Assembly (NCBI GenBank): GCA_949293405.1
Contig: CASFDI010000090.1
Location: 1-59,180, forward strand
DNA from: an uncultured bacterium
GTDB lineage: Bacteria > Bacillota > Clostridia > Oscillospirales > CAG-272
Direction of reading: 5' to 3'
Length of the DNA: 59,180 nucleotides
How positions within the stretch are numbered: position 1 is the first letter of the stretch; each line of letters begins with the position of its first letter. A program made the position numbers and the translations under genes. The notes under the pieces are model-generated. The model did no database searches, was not told where the DNA came from, and saw only the letters and a program-made list of their open reading frames with translations. Positions 41,199 to 50,908 of the stretch are shown here, one piece after another.

Positions 41199-42050
41199 AT
41201 GCAACAGATTCAGAATCAGATATTTGAGGGAGAGCGGTCCCTGTATGGATTGCAGGATGCCTCCGTCTCTTCCTGCACCTTTTTGCCGGGGGCAGAGGAC
41301 GGTGAATCCGCTCTGAAAGAGTGCCGGAATGTACAGATCGAACACTGCACTTTTTCATTGCGCTATCCGCTGTGGCATATGGAACGGTTTTCTCTCTTTG
41401 ACAGTACTCTGGATGAGTCGGTGCGCGCCGCGCTCTGGTATGACCGGGACGGGGAAATTGCACGCAGTTCACTCCTGGGTGTCAAGGCACTGCGCTCCTG
41501 CGAACAGATCCGTCTGACAGACTGTACCATTGTCTCAGCGGAGTTCGGATGGAAGTGCCGTGACATCTCCCTGCGCGATTGTGCCCTGACGGCCGAGTAT
41601 GCGTTTTTTGATGCTGCGTCGGTAGCGGCGGAGCGCCTGAAGTTCAAAGGCAAGTATTCCTTTCAGTATGTGGAAGGACTACATATCAGCGACAGTGTGC
41701 TGGATACCAAAGATGCGTTCTGGCATAGTCGGAATGCAGTGATTGAACGCTGCGAGATCGACGGTGAGTATCTGGGCTGGTATTCCGACGGGTTGACTCT
41801 GATCGACTGTCATATCAAAGGAACACAGCCGCTTTGTTATTGTAAAAATCTTCGTCTGGTCCGCTGTACGATGGAGGATGCTGACCTTGCTTTTGAGTAT
41901 TCCGATGTAATCGCGGATGTACGCGGGTCGGTGATTTCGGTCAAGAATCCGGCTTCGGGCTGCATTGAAGTCGACAGTATCGGAACAGTGATCCGTCAGG
42001 ATGCAGTGATCCCCTGCAACTGCGAGATCCGCGTGCGGCAGAAAGTTTAA
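41199..42050 (+). CDS. DUF3737 family beta-helix protein
   Basis: FEGERSLY, GESALKE, RYPLWH, GKYSFQY, TKDAFW, GEYLGW, QPLCY. Confidence 0.88.
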   Translation: MQQIQNQIFEGERSLYGLQDASVSSCTFLPGAEDGESALKECRNVQIEHCTFSLRYPLWHMERFSLFDSTLDESVRAALWYDRDGEIARSSLLGVKALRSCEQIRLTDCTIVSAEFGWKCRDISLRDCALTAEYAFFDAASVAAERLKFKGKYSFQYVEGLHISDSVLDTKDAFWHSRNAVIERCEIDGEYLGWYSDGLTLIDCHIKGTQPLCYCKNLRLVRCTMEDADLAFEYSDVIADVRGSVISVKNPASGCIEVDSIGTVIRQDAVIPCNCEIRVRQKV

Positions 42051-42205
42051 GTTGACGGTTTTTATCGGAATAGGCCCGCTTTTCCATAGGGAAAGGTGTA
42101 TACCGTTTGCCTGCGGTAAAAGGGCGTATCGTCTGCCTGGTTTTCAGGACCGTTCCGGGACGATGGTTTGCCTTGAAAAGTGAAGAACTCTGAACAGAAT
42201 TTCCT

Positions 42206-42261
42206 ATATGAACTGGGAGCCGTGCTCCGCAATCATGCGTAGCACGGCTCCCGGTTCATAT
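42206..42261. terminator. long hairpin between convergent genes
   Basis: ATATGAACTGGGAGCCGTGCT...AGCACGGCTCCCGGTTCATAT. Confidence 0.7.
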
Positions 42262-42744
42262 GTTTTCAGTTTCTGCCAGATTGATGCAGGGAAGCCCCGA
42301 TGCACGTGCCAGCCGCAGGGTGTATGCTGTTCCGCCGGTTGTGCGTGTGCAGTAGCACACACAGTGACCGCTGTGCTCTACCAGGTGACGGTTGCGTACC
42401 TGCATACAGCCGTTGAAGTAGGCTTCCGATGTATAGATCACTTTATCAGCCTGCTGTTTGAGCGCTGCATAGCGTGCTTTGTCTTCCGGCTTCCAGCGTC
42501 GGTCCTGATTCTGGCAGGGAAGTACCAGGATCAGGCGGATCTGAGGATAAATACGGCGCAGCTCCAGTACGGTTTCTGCGGCCAGGGTATCGAACCCGAG
42601 TGCTCCGCCGCTGCCGAAATATATCACGCCCTGTGAGATCAGGTATTCCAGTGTTCCCACCAGACGGTCATGCAGAGCGGCGCGCTCCTGCATCGCCTGA
42701 GGCAAATCGCGGTGGCCGGTGAAGCAACAGGTATCTTGATACAT
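42256..42744 (-). CDS. DUF1273/YspA-like SLOG family protein
   Basis: TCCFTGHR, GGALGFD, MQVRNRHLV, GGTAYT; start at 42744 after GGAGG. Confidence 0.88.
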   Translation of the reverse strand: MYQDTCCFTGHRDLPQAMQERAALHDRLVGTLEYLISQGVIYFGSGGALGFDTLAAETVLELRRIYPQIRLILVLPCQNQDRRWKPEDKARYAALKQQADKVIYTSEAYFNGCMQVRNRHLVEHSGHCVCYCTRTTGGTAYTLRLARASGLPCINLAETENI

Positions 42745-42980
42745 GGAACCCTCCGGATAACGATGGTATACGCCGTACAGCCGGGCGTGTAATGATGAAA
42801 ACGAATCCGGATGTGCAAGAGAAAATACGCGGGAAATCAAGGGGTGATGCCTTTGAGTAGCATTCCCCTGACTGAGGCGTGTACGGGAACACATCCGGTT
42901 TTTTGTTGTGTGCTTTTTCGGTACGCTCTTTGATATACGCGGTTTTTCCGAATCGGGAATACGGCTGCTGCGGGAAACAG

Positions 42981-43451
42981 TTACGGCGCAGGGAGTGCAA
43001 TCGGACGGTCTTGCTCAATATCTTGCATCATACCGACGCGCAGAGCGTGCCGACCGCCTTCAAAGGAGGCGCCGAGAAAGGCGTCCAGAATATCCTCTGC
43101 CAGGCAGGGGCCGATCACGCGTCCGCCCATGCAGAGGACATTTGCGTCATTGTGAGCACGGGTCATGCGGGCACTGTAGGTGTCATGACAAAGCGCAGCG
43201 CGGATGCCCCGGAATTTGTTGGCGCACATACTCATGCCGATTCCGGTTCCGCAGATCAGCACGCCCATACTGCCCGGATGTGCCTGAACCTGACGGCAGA
43301 CTGCTTCTGCAAACAGGGGGTAGTGGCAGGAAGCGGTGCTGTCCGTACCGCAGTCGGTGACCGGGTAGCCAAGCTTGTGCAGGTGTTCCTTGATGATTTC
43401 TTTCAGAGGGTAACCGGCGCTGTCAGCGCCGATATAAAAAGTGGGTTTCAT
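42981..43451 (-). CDS. rpiB: ribose-5-phosphate isomerase B
   Basis: LICGTGIGMSMCANK, HNDANVLCMG, FEGGRH. Confidence 0.95.
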   Translation of the reverse strand: MKPTFYIGADSAGYPLKEIIKEHLHKLGYPVTDCGTDSTASCHYPLFAEAVCRQVQAHPGSMGVLICGTGIGMSMCANKFRGIRAALCHDTYSARMTRAHNDANVLCMGGRVIGPCLAEDILDAFLGASFEGGRHALRVGMMQDIEQDRPIALPAP

Positions 43452-43604
43452 AATAATGATTTCTCCTTGCCTGATACGGTTATATCAAAAAATACGGAAC
43501 CAAAATGCGGTGGGGTATTCGGAACACGCTGTATGCTGTACTTTGGCGCAGCGTAAAGCGGGCAGAAAAAGGGTGCCCATGGCCGCACGGTCCGCCGTTA
43601 TAGG

Positions 43605-44336
43605 TCAGTTTACAGAGTTGCCGTCTTGTTGGTCTGCCAGTCGTTCGGCGCGTTCGCGCTCTGCCTGCGGACGGCGCAGATAAACGGGATGAAGTGAGGA
43701 TGAGGGTACAGCACATCCGGCTGCAACGCGGCGCGCGGCTACCATGCATGCCGCCCGGGCATCCTGGATGCAGAAGGCAGGTGGAATCTGCGGAAGATGA
43801 AGGTTCTGCCCTTGGAGTGCAGCGCGCGCGAGTTCGTGCCCGTCGCCCGCCAGGTAAACCGGAGCACCTTGTGCAACGGAACGGAGCTGTTCTCCCAGTG
43901 CTTCGAGCGAGCAGGCGCTGTCTGGTGTCAGCCGGCACAAAACACCCTGCCGGCGCAAAAACAGCGCGTTGTAAACCTGATTTCTCCGTGCATCCATTAC
44001 GGCACACAGGATGCCGTCCGTATAAGGCAGTGCCTCTGCTATGACCTCCAGTGTGGAGAGTGCGACACAGGGGCGGTCTTCCGGAAAAGCAAGACCTTTT
44101 GCCACGGAGACTGCAATCCGCACACCGGTAAAGGAACCCGGCCCCGCCGTGACAGCAAAGGCGTCCACCTGCGCCGGTGTAATGCCTCCTTCCCGGAGTA
44201 CATCCAGCGCCATGGGGAGCAGGGTTTCGCTTGCGCGGCGTCCGTCTTCACAGGTGCGTGAAGCGACAATCTGCCGGTCGCATCCCAGTGCTGCGGAAGC
44301 GGTTTTTGCCGAACTGTCAAGTGCGAGAATATACAT
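43605..44336 (-). CDS. tsaB: tRNA t6A biosynthesis protein TsaB
   Basis: MYILALDSS, GPGSFTGVRI, MDARRNQVY, PVYLRRPQAER. Confidence 0.95.
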   Translation of the reverse strand: MYILALDSSAKTASAALGCDRQIVASRTCEDGRRASETLLPMALDVLREGGITPAQVDAFAVTAGPGSFTGVRIAVSVAKGLAFPEDRPCVALSTLEVIAEALPYTDGILCAVMDARRNQVYNALFLRRQGVLCRLTPDSACSLEALGEQLRSVAQGAPVYLAGDGHELARAALQGQNLHLPQIPPAFCIQDARAACMVAARRVAAGCAVPSSSLHPVYLRRPQAERERAERLADQQDGNSVN

Positions 44337-44781
44337 CCGGAATTTCCCCTTCCATTTCGATCTGCCGCGTGCATTCGTCCGATGCGTCGCGGTTGATGGT
44401 GACCCGTATTGCTCCGTCGGGCAGACTGTCGGCAATCCGCTCGCTCCATTCACACAGGATGCAGCCCTGCCGGTCGGTATAATCCGAAAACCCGATGCCT
44501 TCCAGAGCATCTGTGCCGTCCAGCCGGTACAGATCAAAGTGGAACAGCGGCAAGGCATTTCCGTAATATTCGTTAACCAGAGTGTAAGTAGGACTTTTGA
44601 CCCGGTTGATCCCGAACGCGCGGGCAAACCCCCGTACAAATACGGTTTTTCCAACGCCCATTTCCCCAAAAAGGGCGACAAACGGATGGCCGTCTCCACT
44701 CGCAAGAATCAGAGTACCGAGGGCTTCTCCCAGCTGTTCGGTCTGCTCGGGCGAGACCGAGCGGTAAACCTGTTTTTTCAT
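44317..44781 (-). CDS. tsaE: tRNA t6A biosynthesis ATPase TsaE
   Basis: GEMGVGKT, SPTYTLVNEY, HFDLYRL, EW. Confidence 0.96.
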   Translation of the reverse strand: MKKQVYRSVSPEQTEQLGEALGTLILASGDGHPFVALFGEMGVGKTVFVRGFARAFGINRVKSPTYTLVNEYYGNALPLFHFDLYRLDGTDALEGIGFSDYTDRQGCILCEWSERIADSLPDGAIRVTINRDASDECTRQIEMEGEIPDVYSRT

Positions 44782-45977
44782 TGCAGTGCCTCCAGGTAAG
44801 CGGATGCGTCATCGCCCATCAGAAACAGAAGTGCCTGCCTGTATTCCGCTTCCGCTACGGCGGCTTTCGGAGAACCCTTGCAGAACGACGGGTCGCGGAT
44901 GCCGCGCAGCAGCGTGTTCTTGGGAGTGCTCTCCGGATCCACCAGTTCCGCGGCGGTTACGCGATACCCTTCTTTACGAAGATAGAGCAGCCGCAGACCG
45001 TCGGTCAGCGCATCGCACAGTTTACCGCGCAGTTGCGGATAAGCGGCGGCAAAGTTGAGCGCAGGCGCATTCAGATGCCGGCTGAGATTGCGGTGACAGC
45101 AGGGGGTGGAAAGAATGACTCCGGCTCCCAGCCGTACTGCGGTTTTCAGCACCAGATCAGTGGCAATATCGCAGGCATGCAGGGAGATGACCAGATCCGG
45201 CGCGCGGTCCGACGGAGTGTTCCGGATATCGTCCGCAACGAAGCGCATGTCGTCAAATCCGGCCGCCTGTGCGACTGTGCGGCAATAGTCGACGACATCG
45301 GCTTTCCGGTCGATGCACAGCATGTCCACATCTCTGCCGCAGATCCGGGAAAGATAGTGATAAACTGCAAAGGAAAGGTAACTTTTTCCGCAGCACAGGT
45401 CGTACACGGACAGCGTACCGGTCCCGGGAAGTGATGTATATACATCTGCCAGCAATTCGACAAACCGGTTGATCTGACGGAATTTTCCCTGCATGCGGTC
45501 GTGGACACGACCGTTACGGTCTGAGATACCGAGAGCGGTCAGAAACGGGGTGTCATGGGGAATCAGATAGGCTTTTTCACGATCGGGCGGGGTGACGCAA
45601 CTGTCAGTGAGACCGCCGCTTTTCAGCTTTTCTGACAGGGGGACCATTCCTTTTACGGTCGCGGTCCCGCCGCGCGCGTTGCGCAGGACGGCGTCTCCCG
45701 CCGGGGTCAGCAGGTTGATTTCCCCGTACGACTCTGAAAGAGGAGCAAGATAGGAATCTATTTCATCAGAGGTAAGGCCCAGGTGCCGGACTTTTCCATC
45801 GGGTAGCATCTCTTCCGCGAGAAGGACGGTTCTGCCGCGTCGCACGGAAAGACGGCAGGTTATTTTCTGTGCTCCTGTCGCATATGGCTTGGAAAAGATC
45901 AGTTTGCGCAACTGCTCGGTCTCGGCTGCCATCCGGATCAACCGGAGAAAAGCGGCGCGTGTCTCAGGTGGGGTCAT
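44778..45977 (-). CDS. SAM-dependent methyltransferase
   Basis: KFRQINRF, YDLCCGKSYL, SLHACDIATD, PCCH, TPKN; RBS AGGAG favours the 45977 start. Confidence 0.88.
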   Translation of the reverse strand: MTPPETRAAFLRLIRMAAETEQLRKLIFSKPYATGAQKITCRLSVRRGRTVLLAEEMLPDGKVRHLGLTSDEIDSYLAPLSESYGEINLLTPAGDAVLRNARGGTATVKGMVPLSEKLKSGGLTDSCVTPPDREKAYLIPHDTPFLTALGISDRNGRVHDRMQGKFRQINRFVELLADVYTSLPGTGTLSVYDLCCGKSYLSFAVYHYLSRICGRDVDMLCIDRKADVVDYCRTVAQAAGFDDMRFVADDIRNTPSDRAPDLVISLHACDIATDLVLKTAVRLGAGVILSTPCCHRNLSRHLNAPALNFAAAYPQLRGKLCDALTDGLRLLYLRKEGYRVTAAELVDPESTPKNTLLRGIRDPSFCKGSPKAAVAEAEYRQALLFLMGDDASAYLEALQ

Positions 45978-46716
45978 GTGGGGGCTCCTGTTCGTCTTCA
46001 TGCTTTTTCTGACCGATCTTGCGCTCGGTATGGTGCATCAGGCGCGAGATGTTGGAACGGTGCAGGTAAATGACCAGCAACGGAATCAGAAGCGTGAAAA
46101 TGGTGATCAGAAAAGGGGGCTGCATGCCGTGAGAAAACAGGCGGAAAAGTGCCTGGTAAAACAGCGGGAAAGTGGCCATGGCAAGGCAGGAGGCAAGAGA
46201 TACATATTTGGTCATCCAGAGGGTACCGGCGAAGATGATTACCCCCACCAGGAAGGCAAACGGAGCAAGCAGCAATACCACCGCCGCAGTGCAGAGTACG
46301 CCCTTACCGCCGCGGAATCCGTAGTAGAGCGGATAGGCATGCCCCATAATACAGGCAAAACCGGTGAGATAAAGGATGTATTGCAACGAAAAACCGCCTG
46401 CATACCGGAATCCGACCAGACAGGCAGCACAGAATACTGCCAGCAGCGCTTTGAAAACATCTCCGATCAGGGTGAGCAGTGCTGCACGTTTGCCGTATGT
46501 ACGCAGCATGTTGGTTCCACCGGCATTTCCGCTGCCGTGGCGGCGGATATCGTCACCGTACATCAGTTTTGAGACAACCATGGCCGTATTGACGCTGCCG
46601 AGCAGATAACCGATCACGGCGCACGCCACAATCATCAGAAGCCCCACTACGGTGGCGACAATGCCTTCGGGCTTCAGAATTCCGTAGAGACCTTCCTGCA
46701 GAAAAGTACCCATCAT
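45964..46716 (-). CDS. plsY: glycerol-3-phosphate acyltransferase
   Basis: GSGNAGGTN, GHAYP, FRGGKGV, HRSNI. Confidence 0.95.
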   Translation of the reverse strand: MMGTFLQEGLYGILKPEGIVATVVGLLMIVACAVIGYLLGSVNTAMVVSKLMYGDDIRRHGSGNAGGTNMLRTYGKRAALLTLIGDVFKALLAVFCAACLVGFRYAGGFSLQYILYLTGFACIMGHAYPLYYGFRGGKGVLCTAAVVLLLAPFAFLVGVIIFAGTLWMTKYVSLASCLAMATFPLFYQALFRLFSHGMQPPFLITIFTLLIPLLVIYLHRSNISRLMHHTERKIGQKKHEDEQEPPHDPT

Positions 46717-46787
46717 GCTGTCCTTTCTTACTATCAGATTATACGATTCTTACTACGGCAGAACGCGCCGTCTTATTATCTCCTGAC

Positions 46788-46868
46788 ATTATAGCATACC
46801 GTCCGGGGGTTGTCAAGGTAGGCGGTGGGTGAAAAATGCTTGCTTTTTATGCTGCAATAGGGTATACT
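46788..46868. promoter_or_regulatory. divergent sigma-A promoters (plsY and queG)
   Basis: Minus strand TTGACA-17-TATAAT (46788-46816); plus strand TTGCTT-17-TATACT (46840-46868). Confidence 0.7.
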
Positions 46869-46911
46869 GTAAGAAAAAGAGCGCAAAGGGGCCGGGATGG
46901 GGGGATTTGTA

Positions 46912-47718
46912 ATGAAAAGTGTGATCCGGGATTTTTTTGCACAGAATCGGATCACCCTGTACGGTGTACTTCCTTTCTCTGAATGCGCTGTGATCCGTCC
47001 TGATCTGCTGGAGCGTCGCTTTTCCGGAACGCCGCGCAGCGTACTGATTTATGCGGTCCCATATTATACCGGACCGGGGCAGAATATCTCTTGTTACGCA
47101 GTCTCACGCGATTATCATCTGTACTTTGAAGCGCTCGCACAGCAACTGCAGAAACTGCTTGCAGGATGTAGTTCGGCCTCTTTTGCAGACCATTCGCCTT
47201 TTGATGAGGTGCGTGCAGCGGTGCGCGCCGGGCTGGGGGTCCGCGGGAAAAACCGCCTGCTGATCACACGGGAATACGGCTCCTATGTGTTCATCGGTGA
47301 AACGGTGACCGATCTTCCGGCCGGGGAGTTCGGACTGCCGGTTCCTGCCGCGGGAGGCGGGGAGTGCCCGGGATGCGGTGCCTGCCTTGCCGCCTGCCCG
47401 ACCGGATGCCTGCGGGGGACCGGGGAGAGTTGCCTGTCGGCCCTGACGCAGAAAAAGGGGGCGCTGACGCCCGGGGAGGAGGATGCCATCCGGTCGGCGG
47501 GCCTGGTGTGGGGCTGTGACCGCTGTCAGCAGGTCTGTCCGCTCAACCGAAAGACAGACCGGTCGCCGATTCCGTTTTTTTCTCAGGAGCGTTTACCCGG
47601 GCTGACAGGGGAAATACTGGAGTCCATGGATGAGGAGTCATTCCGGCAGCGTGCCTATTCCTGGCGCGGGCGTGCGGTGATCCGGCGGAATCTGAATTTG
47701 TTTACGGAGGAGTCATGA
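46912..47718 (+). CDS. queG: epoxyqueuosine reductase QueG-like
   Basis: YAVSRDYH, AGLGVRGKN, YGSYVFIG, CPGCGACLAACP, GCDRCQQVCP. Confidence 0.85.
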   Translation: MKSVIRDFFAQNRITLYGVLPFSECAVIRPDLLERRFSGTPRSVLIYAVPYYTGPGQNISCYAVSRDYHLYFEALAQQLQKLLAGCSSASFADHSPFDEVRAAVRAGLGVRGKNRLLITREYGSYVFIGETVTDLPAGEFGLPVPAAGGGECPGCGACLAACPTGCLRGTGESCLSALTQKKGALTPGEEDAIRSAGLVWGCDRCQQVCPLNRKTDRSPIPFFSQERLPGLTGEILESMDEESFRQRAYSWRGRAVIRRNLNLFTEES

Positions 47719-48293
47719 AACCATCATACCGTGCTCTCAGGCGTGAAAACGAGGAGTTGCGCGCGAGACTGGCTCTGATGGAGGACCGGCCTGAGCTTGA
47801 TGTCGCGGAGTCGGTGCGCCACACGCAGCAACTGTACGCGGGTTCCTTTTACTTCCTGTATTTGTGGCGCCTGTTTTCAGACGGACGCACGCTGGAGCGG
47901 GTGCGCCGGCTGCGCGCCGCTGTGCGGCCCACGCTTTTTCTGCGTCGCATGCTGCTCTGGGTTCTGCAGGTGTTTCTCTGGCTGGAGCGCAGCGCACTGC
48001 TGCTTTCAGCAGGCCTTGTGGTGGTGCTGGTTGTTCCTGTCGCACTGGTTCCTGCGCTCCTGTATATGTTCTGGCAGTGGTTGCGCATGCGGCGTCAGGT
48101 GCGTCTGCTGGAGCCACTGCTGCGGGGGAGAAAAATTCTTTTGCTGTTTTCCGATGCGCACTGCCGCCTGTGCGGACCTGGTTATCTGGTCATCCGGGTA
48201 GGGGGAAAAAATCCGGACCTGTCTCCTATGGTCTATTTTGCACTGAAAAGACGGGGGTTTTTTCATCCGGAACGGCTTATTGCCGTGTGGTAA
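47715..48293 (+). CDS. hypothetical membrane protein
   Basis: ATGA overlap with queG; N-terminal coiled coil; hydrophobic centre. Confidence 0.65.
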   Translation: MKPSYRALRRENEELRARLALMEDRPELDVAESVRHTQQLYAGSFYFLYLWRLFSDGRTLERVRRLRAAVRPTLFLRRMLLWVLQVFLWLERSALLLSAGLVVVLVVPVALVPALLYMFWQWLRMRRQVRLLEPLLRGRKILLLFSDAHCRLCGPGYLVIRVGGKNPDLSPMVYFALKRRGFFHPERLIAVW

Positions 48294-48324
48294 CTGTTTG
48301 ATTTATGAAATGTGAGGAGTATAT

Positions 48325-49044
48325 ATGAAAGATCGGTTTCAGGTGGTGATCGACCACCTTCAGAAACATTACGGGGAAAAAGAAGTGTTGCGCGATATCA
48401 GTTTTACATTTGAACAGGGGCAAATTTACGGATTGCTGGGGCGCAACGGCGCCGGGAAAACCACACTGTTCAACTGTCTTAACCGGGATATCCGCTCCGA
48501 TGGCGGCGCGTTTTATCTGCAGGAGGGAGGGAAGAGGCGACCTCTTGGAACCCGGGATATCGGTTATGTTCCCTCCACGCCCACCGTACCGGAATTTCTG
48601 ACCGGGCGCGAATTTTTGAAATTTTTTCTGGAGATCAATCCGCACACCGGGTGCGACCCGGCACACATGGATGAGTATTTTGCCTATATGAGCATTGCAC
48701 CGGAGGATCGCGACAAGTTGCTGCGGGACTATTCTCATGGCATGAAAAACAAGATGCAGATGCTCATCAACATCATTGCAAAGCCGCCCCTGCTGCTGCT
48801 TGATGAGCCGCTGACCTCGCTGGATGTGGTAGTGGCTGAGGAAATAAAGCAGCTGCTGCGCCGTGAAAAAGAGGACCGTATCATTATTTTCTCCACCCAT
48901 ATCATGGATCTTGCGCTGGACTTGTGCGACCGGATCGTCCTGCTCAGCCACGGAGTGCTGGAAACGGTTGAAAAATCCGATCTGGGGCAGGAGGCGTTCC
49001 GGGAGCGGATTATTGCAGCATTGCGGGAGGAAGACCATGCTTAA
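48325..49044 (+). CDS. ABC transporter ATP-binding protein
   Basis: GRNGAGKTT, YSHGM, LLLDEP, STH. Confidence 0.96.
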   Translation: MKDRFQVVIDHLQKHYGEKEVLRDISFTFEQGQIYGLLGRNGAGKTTLFNCLNRDIRSDGGAFYLQEGGKRRPLGTRDIGYVPSTPTVPEFLTGREFLKFFLEINPHTGCDPAHMDEYFAYMSIAPEDRDKLLRDYSHGMKNKMQMLINIIAKPPLLLLDEPLTSLDVVVAEEIKQLLRREKEDRIIIFSTHIMDLALDLCDRIVLLSHGVLETVEKSDLGQEAFRERIIAALREEDHA

Positions 49045-50614
49045 GACGCTTCGCCTTTCCTTTGCTTTACGCAATACTTATCGGGTCAACGCAATCCTGT
49101 ACGGAGTGCGGCAGATTCCGCTGGTGAAGAAAATCCTTCCGGAGACACTTTATCGCATACAGGCGTTCAAAATCATTGCCAACATCCTGACGGTATGCTG
49201 GGAGGTTCTGTGGGTCTTCTTAGGGAAAATCCTGTATGTCGCCGTCATGATTGCGGGGGCTGCTTCTCTGTATGACTGGCTGCCGACCGATCAGGTGTTT
49301 CTGCATATTCTGCTGTTCCTGACGGTTATCGGCTCGTTCGCCAATACCGGCCTGTTCAACCCCACACGCGACAAATACTACGCCATGATTCTCTTGCGCA
49401 TGGATGCGCGGGAGTACAGCCTGGTCCACTACGGGTATATGCTGATCAGAACGGTGGTGGGCTTTTTGCCGGTTTGCCTGATTTTCGGAAGGGCCAACGG
49501 CGTTGCGCTGTGGTTGTGTTTGTTGATTCCGTTTTCTGTTGCGGGAATCAAAGCCGCAGTAGCGGGATGGACCCTGTATGATTACGAGCGGCGCGGAGTT
49601 GCCTATAATGAAAATAAACTGAAAAAATGGACCTGGGCGTTGATGGCTCTGCTTCTGGCGTGTGCTTACGGGTTACCGCTTCTTTCCGTCCTGCTGCCGG
49701 TGTGGCTGATTGCAGGGGTGCTGATCGCATGCATTCCCGCCGGGGCGGTGGGGTTGATCAAGGTCTTTTCTTTCGGGCAATACCGTCAGGTCAATCAGGA
49801 ACTGCTTGCACAGTTGTTTTCACAGCAGGACCTGGTCAAAAAGAAAGCCTCCGATTCCGTAAAGAAAGCCATCTCTTCCGATATGGCGCTTACCAGCCAC
49901 CGCAGCGGATTTGAGGGCTTGAATGAGTTGTTTATCAAGAGGCATCGCCGCATTCTCTGGCGCGCAGCCATACGGATTACGGTGGTATTCGGCCTGCTGG
50001 TGGTGGCGGCGGTGATTGCAATAGGATTCATATCGGATCGCGAAGCGGTGAAAATGATCAACCGCACGGTTCAGACACGGTTGCCGTACTTCGTATTTAT
50101 CATGTACGCCATTAACCGCGGCTCCGGATTCACTACCGCGCTGTTCGTCAATTGCGATCAGAGTCTGCTCACTTACTCTTTCTTCAAAGAACCTGCCAAT
50201 ATTCTGCGTCTGTTTCGCATCCGGCTGCGTGAGATCATCAAGATCAATGCGCTTCCCGCCCTGGTGATCGGGGCGGGACTGGATCTCATTCTCTATGCTT
50301 CGGGCGGGACAAAGTACCCTGTTTATTATGCGGTGCTGGTTGTGTCGGTAGTATGTATGAGCCTGTTCTTTTCGGTGCACTACCTGACCATCTACTACCT
50401 GCTTCAGCCGTACAATATCGGTACGGAGATCCGTAGCGGCACCTATCGGCTGGTTCTGATTGTTACCTATGTGGTGTGTTTTGCCATGATTCAGATCCAG
50501 TTGCCGCTGTTTGCCTTCGGGCTTTCCTGCATCGCGTTCTGTGTCCTGTATATGGTGTTGTCCTGTCTGGCGGTCTATCGCTTCGCGGGGAAGACCTTCC
50601 GCTTGCGCCTCTGA
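49037..50614 (+). CDS. ABC exporter permease
   Basis: Start at 49037 (RBS GGAGG) overlapping the ATPase stop; about 12 TM segments in two halves. Confidence 0.8.
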   Translation: MLKTLRLSFALRNTYRVNAILYGVRQIPLVKKILPETLYRIQAFKIIANILTVCWEVLWVFLGKILYVAVMIAGAASLYDWLPTDQVFLHILLFLTVIGSFANTGLFNPTRDKYYAMILLRMDAREYSLVHYGYMLIRTVVGFLPVCLIFGRANGVALWLCLLIPFSVAGIKAAVAGWTLYDYERRGVAYNENKLKKWTWALMALLLACAYGLPLLSVLLPVWLIAGVLIACIPAGAVGLIKVFSFGQYRQVNQELLAQLFSQQDLVKKKASDSVKKAISSDMALTSHRSGFEGLNELFIKRHRRILWRAAIRITVVFGLLVVAAVIAIGFISDREAVKMINRTVQTRLPYFVFIMYAINRGSGFTTALFVNCDQSLLTYSFFKEPANILRLFRIRLREIIKINALPALVIGAGLDLILYASGGTKYPVYYAVLVVSVVCMSLFFSVHYLTIYYLLQPYNIGTEIRSGTYRLVLIVTYVVCFAMIQIQLPLFAFGLSCIAFCVLYMVLSCLAVYRFAGKTFRLRL

Positions 50615-50696
50615 CGGTGCAGGAGGAAGGTACGGACCTCTGCCGGCATGCCGCTTATTCAGATCGGCCAGAATCCCCCCGGATCGGGGAAAAAGA

Positions 50697-50750
50697 AACC
50701 CGGCAGTCATCGCCGCCGTATCGCGGATGAGATGACTGCCGGGTTGTTTT
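50697..50750. terminator. bidirectional terminator
   Basis: AACCCGGCAGTCATC...GATGACTGCCGGGTT with A/T flanks. Confidence 0.7.
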
Positions 50751-50908
50751 GTTCGGAAAATATTTCCGGATCCACGTGCTGCACGGTGCAGGACAGATCC
50801 GCGCTGTGGTAAAGCAGGGAATGCTCTGCCTACCCACAGAGCCGCTGAAGCAAAATAATGCTGCAGAGAATTGCTCCTGTTAATGCAGGAGGAAGAACGG
50901 CTGAGGGC

